From Felis catus (Eukaryota): a stretch of DNA of 64,000 bases. The position numbers were made by a program, and so were the translations under genes. A model generated the notes under the pieces. It saw only the letters and a list, made by a program, of their open reading frames with translations, was not told the origin of the DNA and did not search any database. The stretch spans positions 31,932,001 through 31,996,000 of the forward strand of contig NC_058368.1 of NCBI RefSeq assembly GCF_018350175.1, read 5' to 3'. Shown one piece after another: positions 62,501 through 64,000 of the stretch. Every line of letters begins with the position of its first letter. Position 1 is the stretch's first letter.

Positions 62501-64000
62501 ATCACTATAACTAAACTCAGATGAAATACCCAAATTGCAATTGATTAATAGATCAACCAAAATGCAAATATATTTGCCTGAGACATTATCCTAGTAGATA
62601 ACCAAATAAACATACTTGAAGACCAACTCACTCCTTTGCAAGTGTAATTGGGGAGAGGAGAGTTAGATGATCAAAGTGAAACTAGTTTTACTTCATGAAC
62701 TTCTTCTCTCCACAAATAAAGAAAGTTTAGACTAGTTCATTGATACTGAGCATTTTATATGTACAAACTCATTCTCTGGTTAAATTCATACTTTTTAAAA
62801 CTCTTGCTAATGAGTTACTATAGAGCATCGGTTGATATTTGGTGTAATAGTGCCGCTGAATATGCTTTGATATTTTTTGTTGCTTTGTATCATTCACAAT
62901 ACCTATCAAGTCTAATGGCAGCATATCTCAGCTTGATTTCAAGTAGCTGTTGGCCTCTTCAGCAGTATGTACAATGCTATTCATCCTTCTAGGAAAGGCT
63001 ATGATATTGATGGTCAATCACATTGAATGGTAAAATATATCAGTTTTATTAATAGTTTATTAATAGTTTTATTAATGGCATTTCCTGATCTCATTCTAAA
63101 ATTCTGAAGTACTTTGGAATTATGGGACCTGTGGCTTCTGAGGTTGTGAGAACTGCATGAGCTAAGGGATAAAATGTACCATGTTTTCAAAAAGTGTGTA
63201 ATTTGTTGACTGACCATATGTTTTGTCAACATTTCTGGATTGCTATTTTTCACTCAGATATTTGACTCTCTGAACTGATTTGTTTTATAGAAAATTATGA
63301 TTTCAGATTTTCTTCTGCTGCTGCCAAATATATAAAATCAGTGATGCAACATTATTAAAAATCCACATCTTATTTTACCACCAAGTTTCATCCTAAGTTA
63401 CTGACATATCTTGATAATGGATAAGCATATGCAGTCATCCACTGAGCACATAACAAGGCATGAGCTAGATGAGATGTGGCAGGTTACTTTCCACTCTTAA
63501 AATCATATATGACTTTACTAATAGTATTTACCACAGTCTAGATAAATTAGAATTCCCAAGGAAGGGGAAAAAAACAGAGAAAGAAAGAAATTGCTTTGAT
63601 AATGCAAGATAAGGTTACTTGTGGTGGCAGGATTAGACATATCTAGCAAAAGAAACCTAATTATTCCTCCCTGGATCTTTAACTCTGAAGACATGACCAC
63701 AATCCATTCAGATGATAAATAAGGATTTTCAGCCAGGAACCCCAACACATTATTGAAGTAAAATGAATTTGAATGAAGTTTGCTCTTACCTATATTGGAT
63801 TTTTTTCATTTCTTTCTTTCTTTCCTTTTTTTTTTTTTTTCCTTGCCACTACTGGTTTAAAACACAGTTTATTTAGTGTTTCATATAAGATGTGGTCAGA
63901 TATTTAACTTTCTGTTCAGTTCTGTCTATTAGTAAAAAGTCCTTAACAGTGTCAAAAAATAGCAGTTTGAATAGATGTGTGTGACATATCATATACAGAG

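Overview
Mammalian, AT-rich, non-coding genomic DNA from a felid: it carries about 17 carnivore CAN-SINEs, three of them young CpG-rich SINEC_Fc-type copies. It looks like a gene desert or the interior of a large intron. I found no supportable protein-coding exon, functional RNA gene, CRISPR array or prokaryote-type system. The longer ORFs are mostly translations of SINEs, LTRs or decayed L1 ORF2. The window is dominated by L1 fragments (including a ~5.3-kb L1MA-type element with nested insertions), solo LTRs (MLT1, LTR40, LTR16/33-like, one unclassified), L2/MIR/CR1 relics, a Charlie1 hAT fragment and microsatellites. Subfamily names come from recalled consensus sequences and need RepeatMasker/Dfam confirmation. 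The most interesting signals are mutational and retrotransposition footprints: a tailless 5S rRNA retropseudogene inside an L1; a SINE 3' end overwritten by an inverted copy of its own target site (36-bp quasi-palindrome); a patchwork templated insertion in L1 ORF2; two internally deleted L1s; and a hierarchically duplicated ~630-bp AT island. I do not see evidence for a new biological system.
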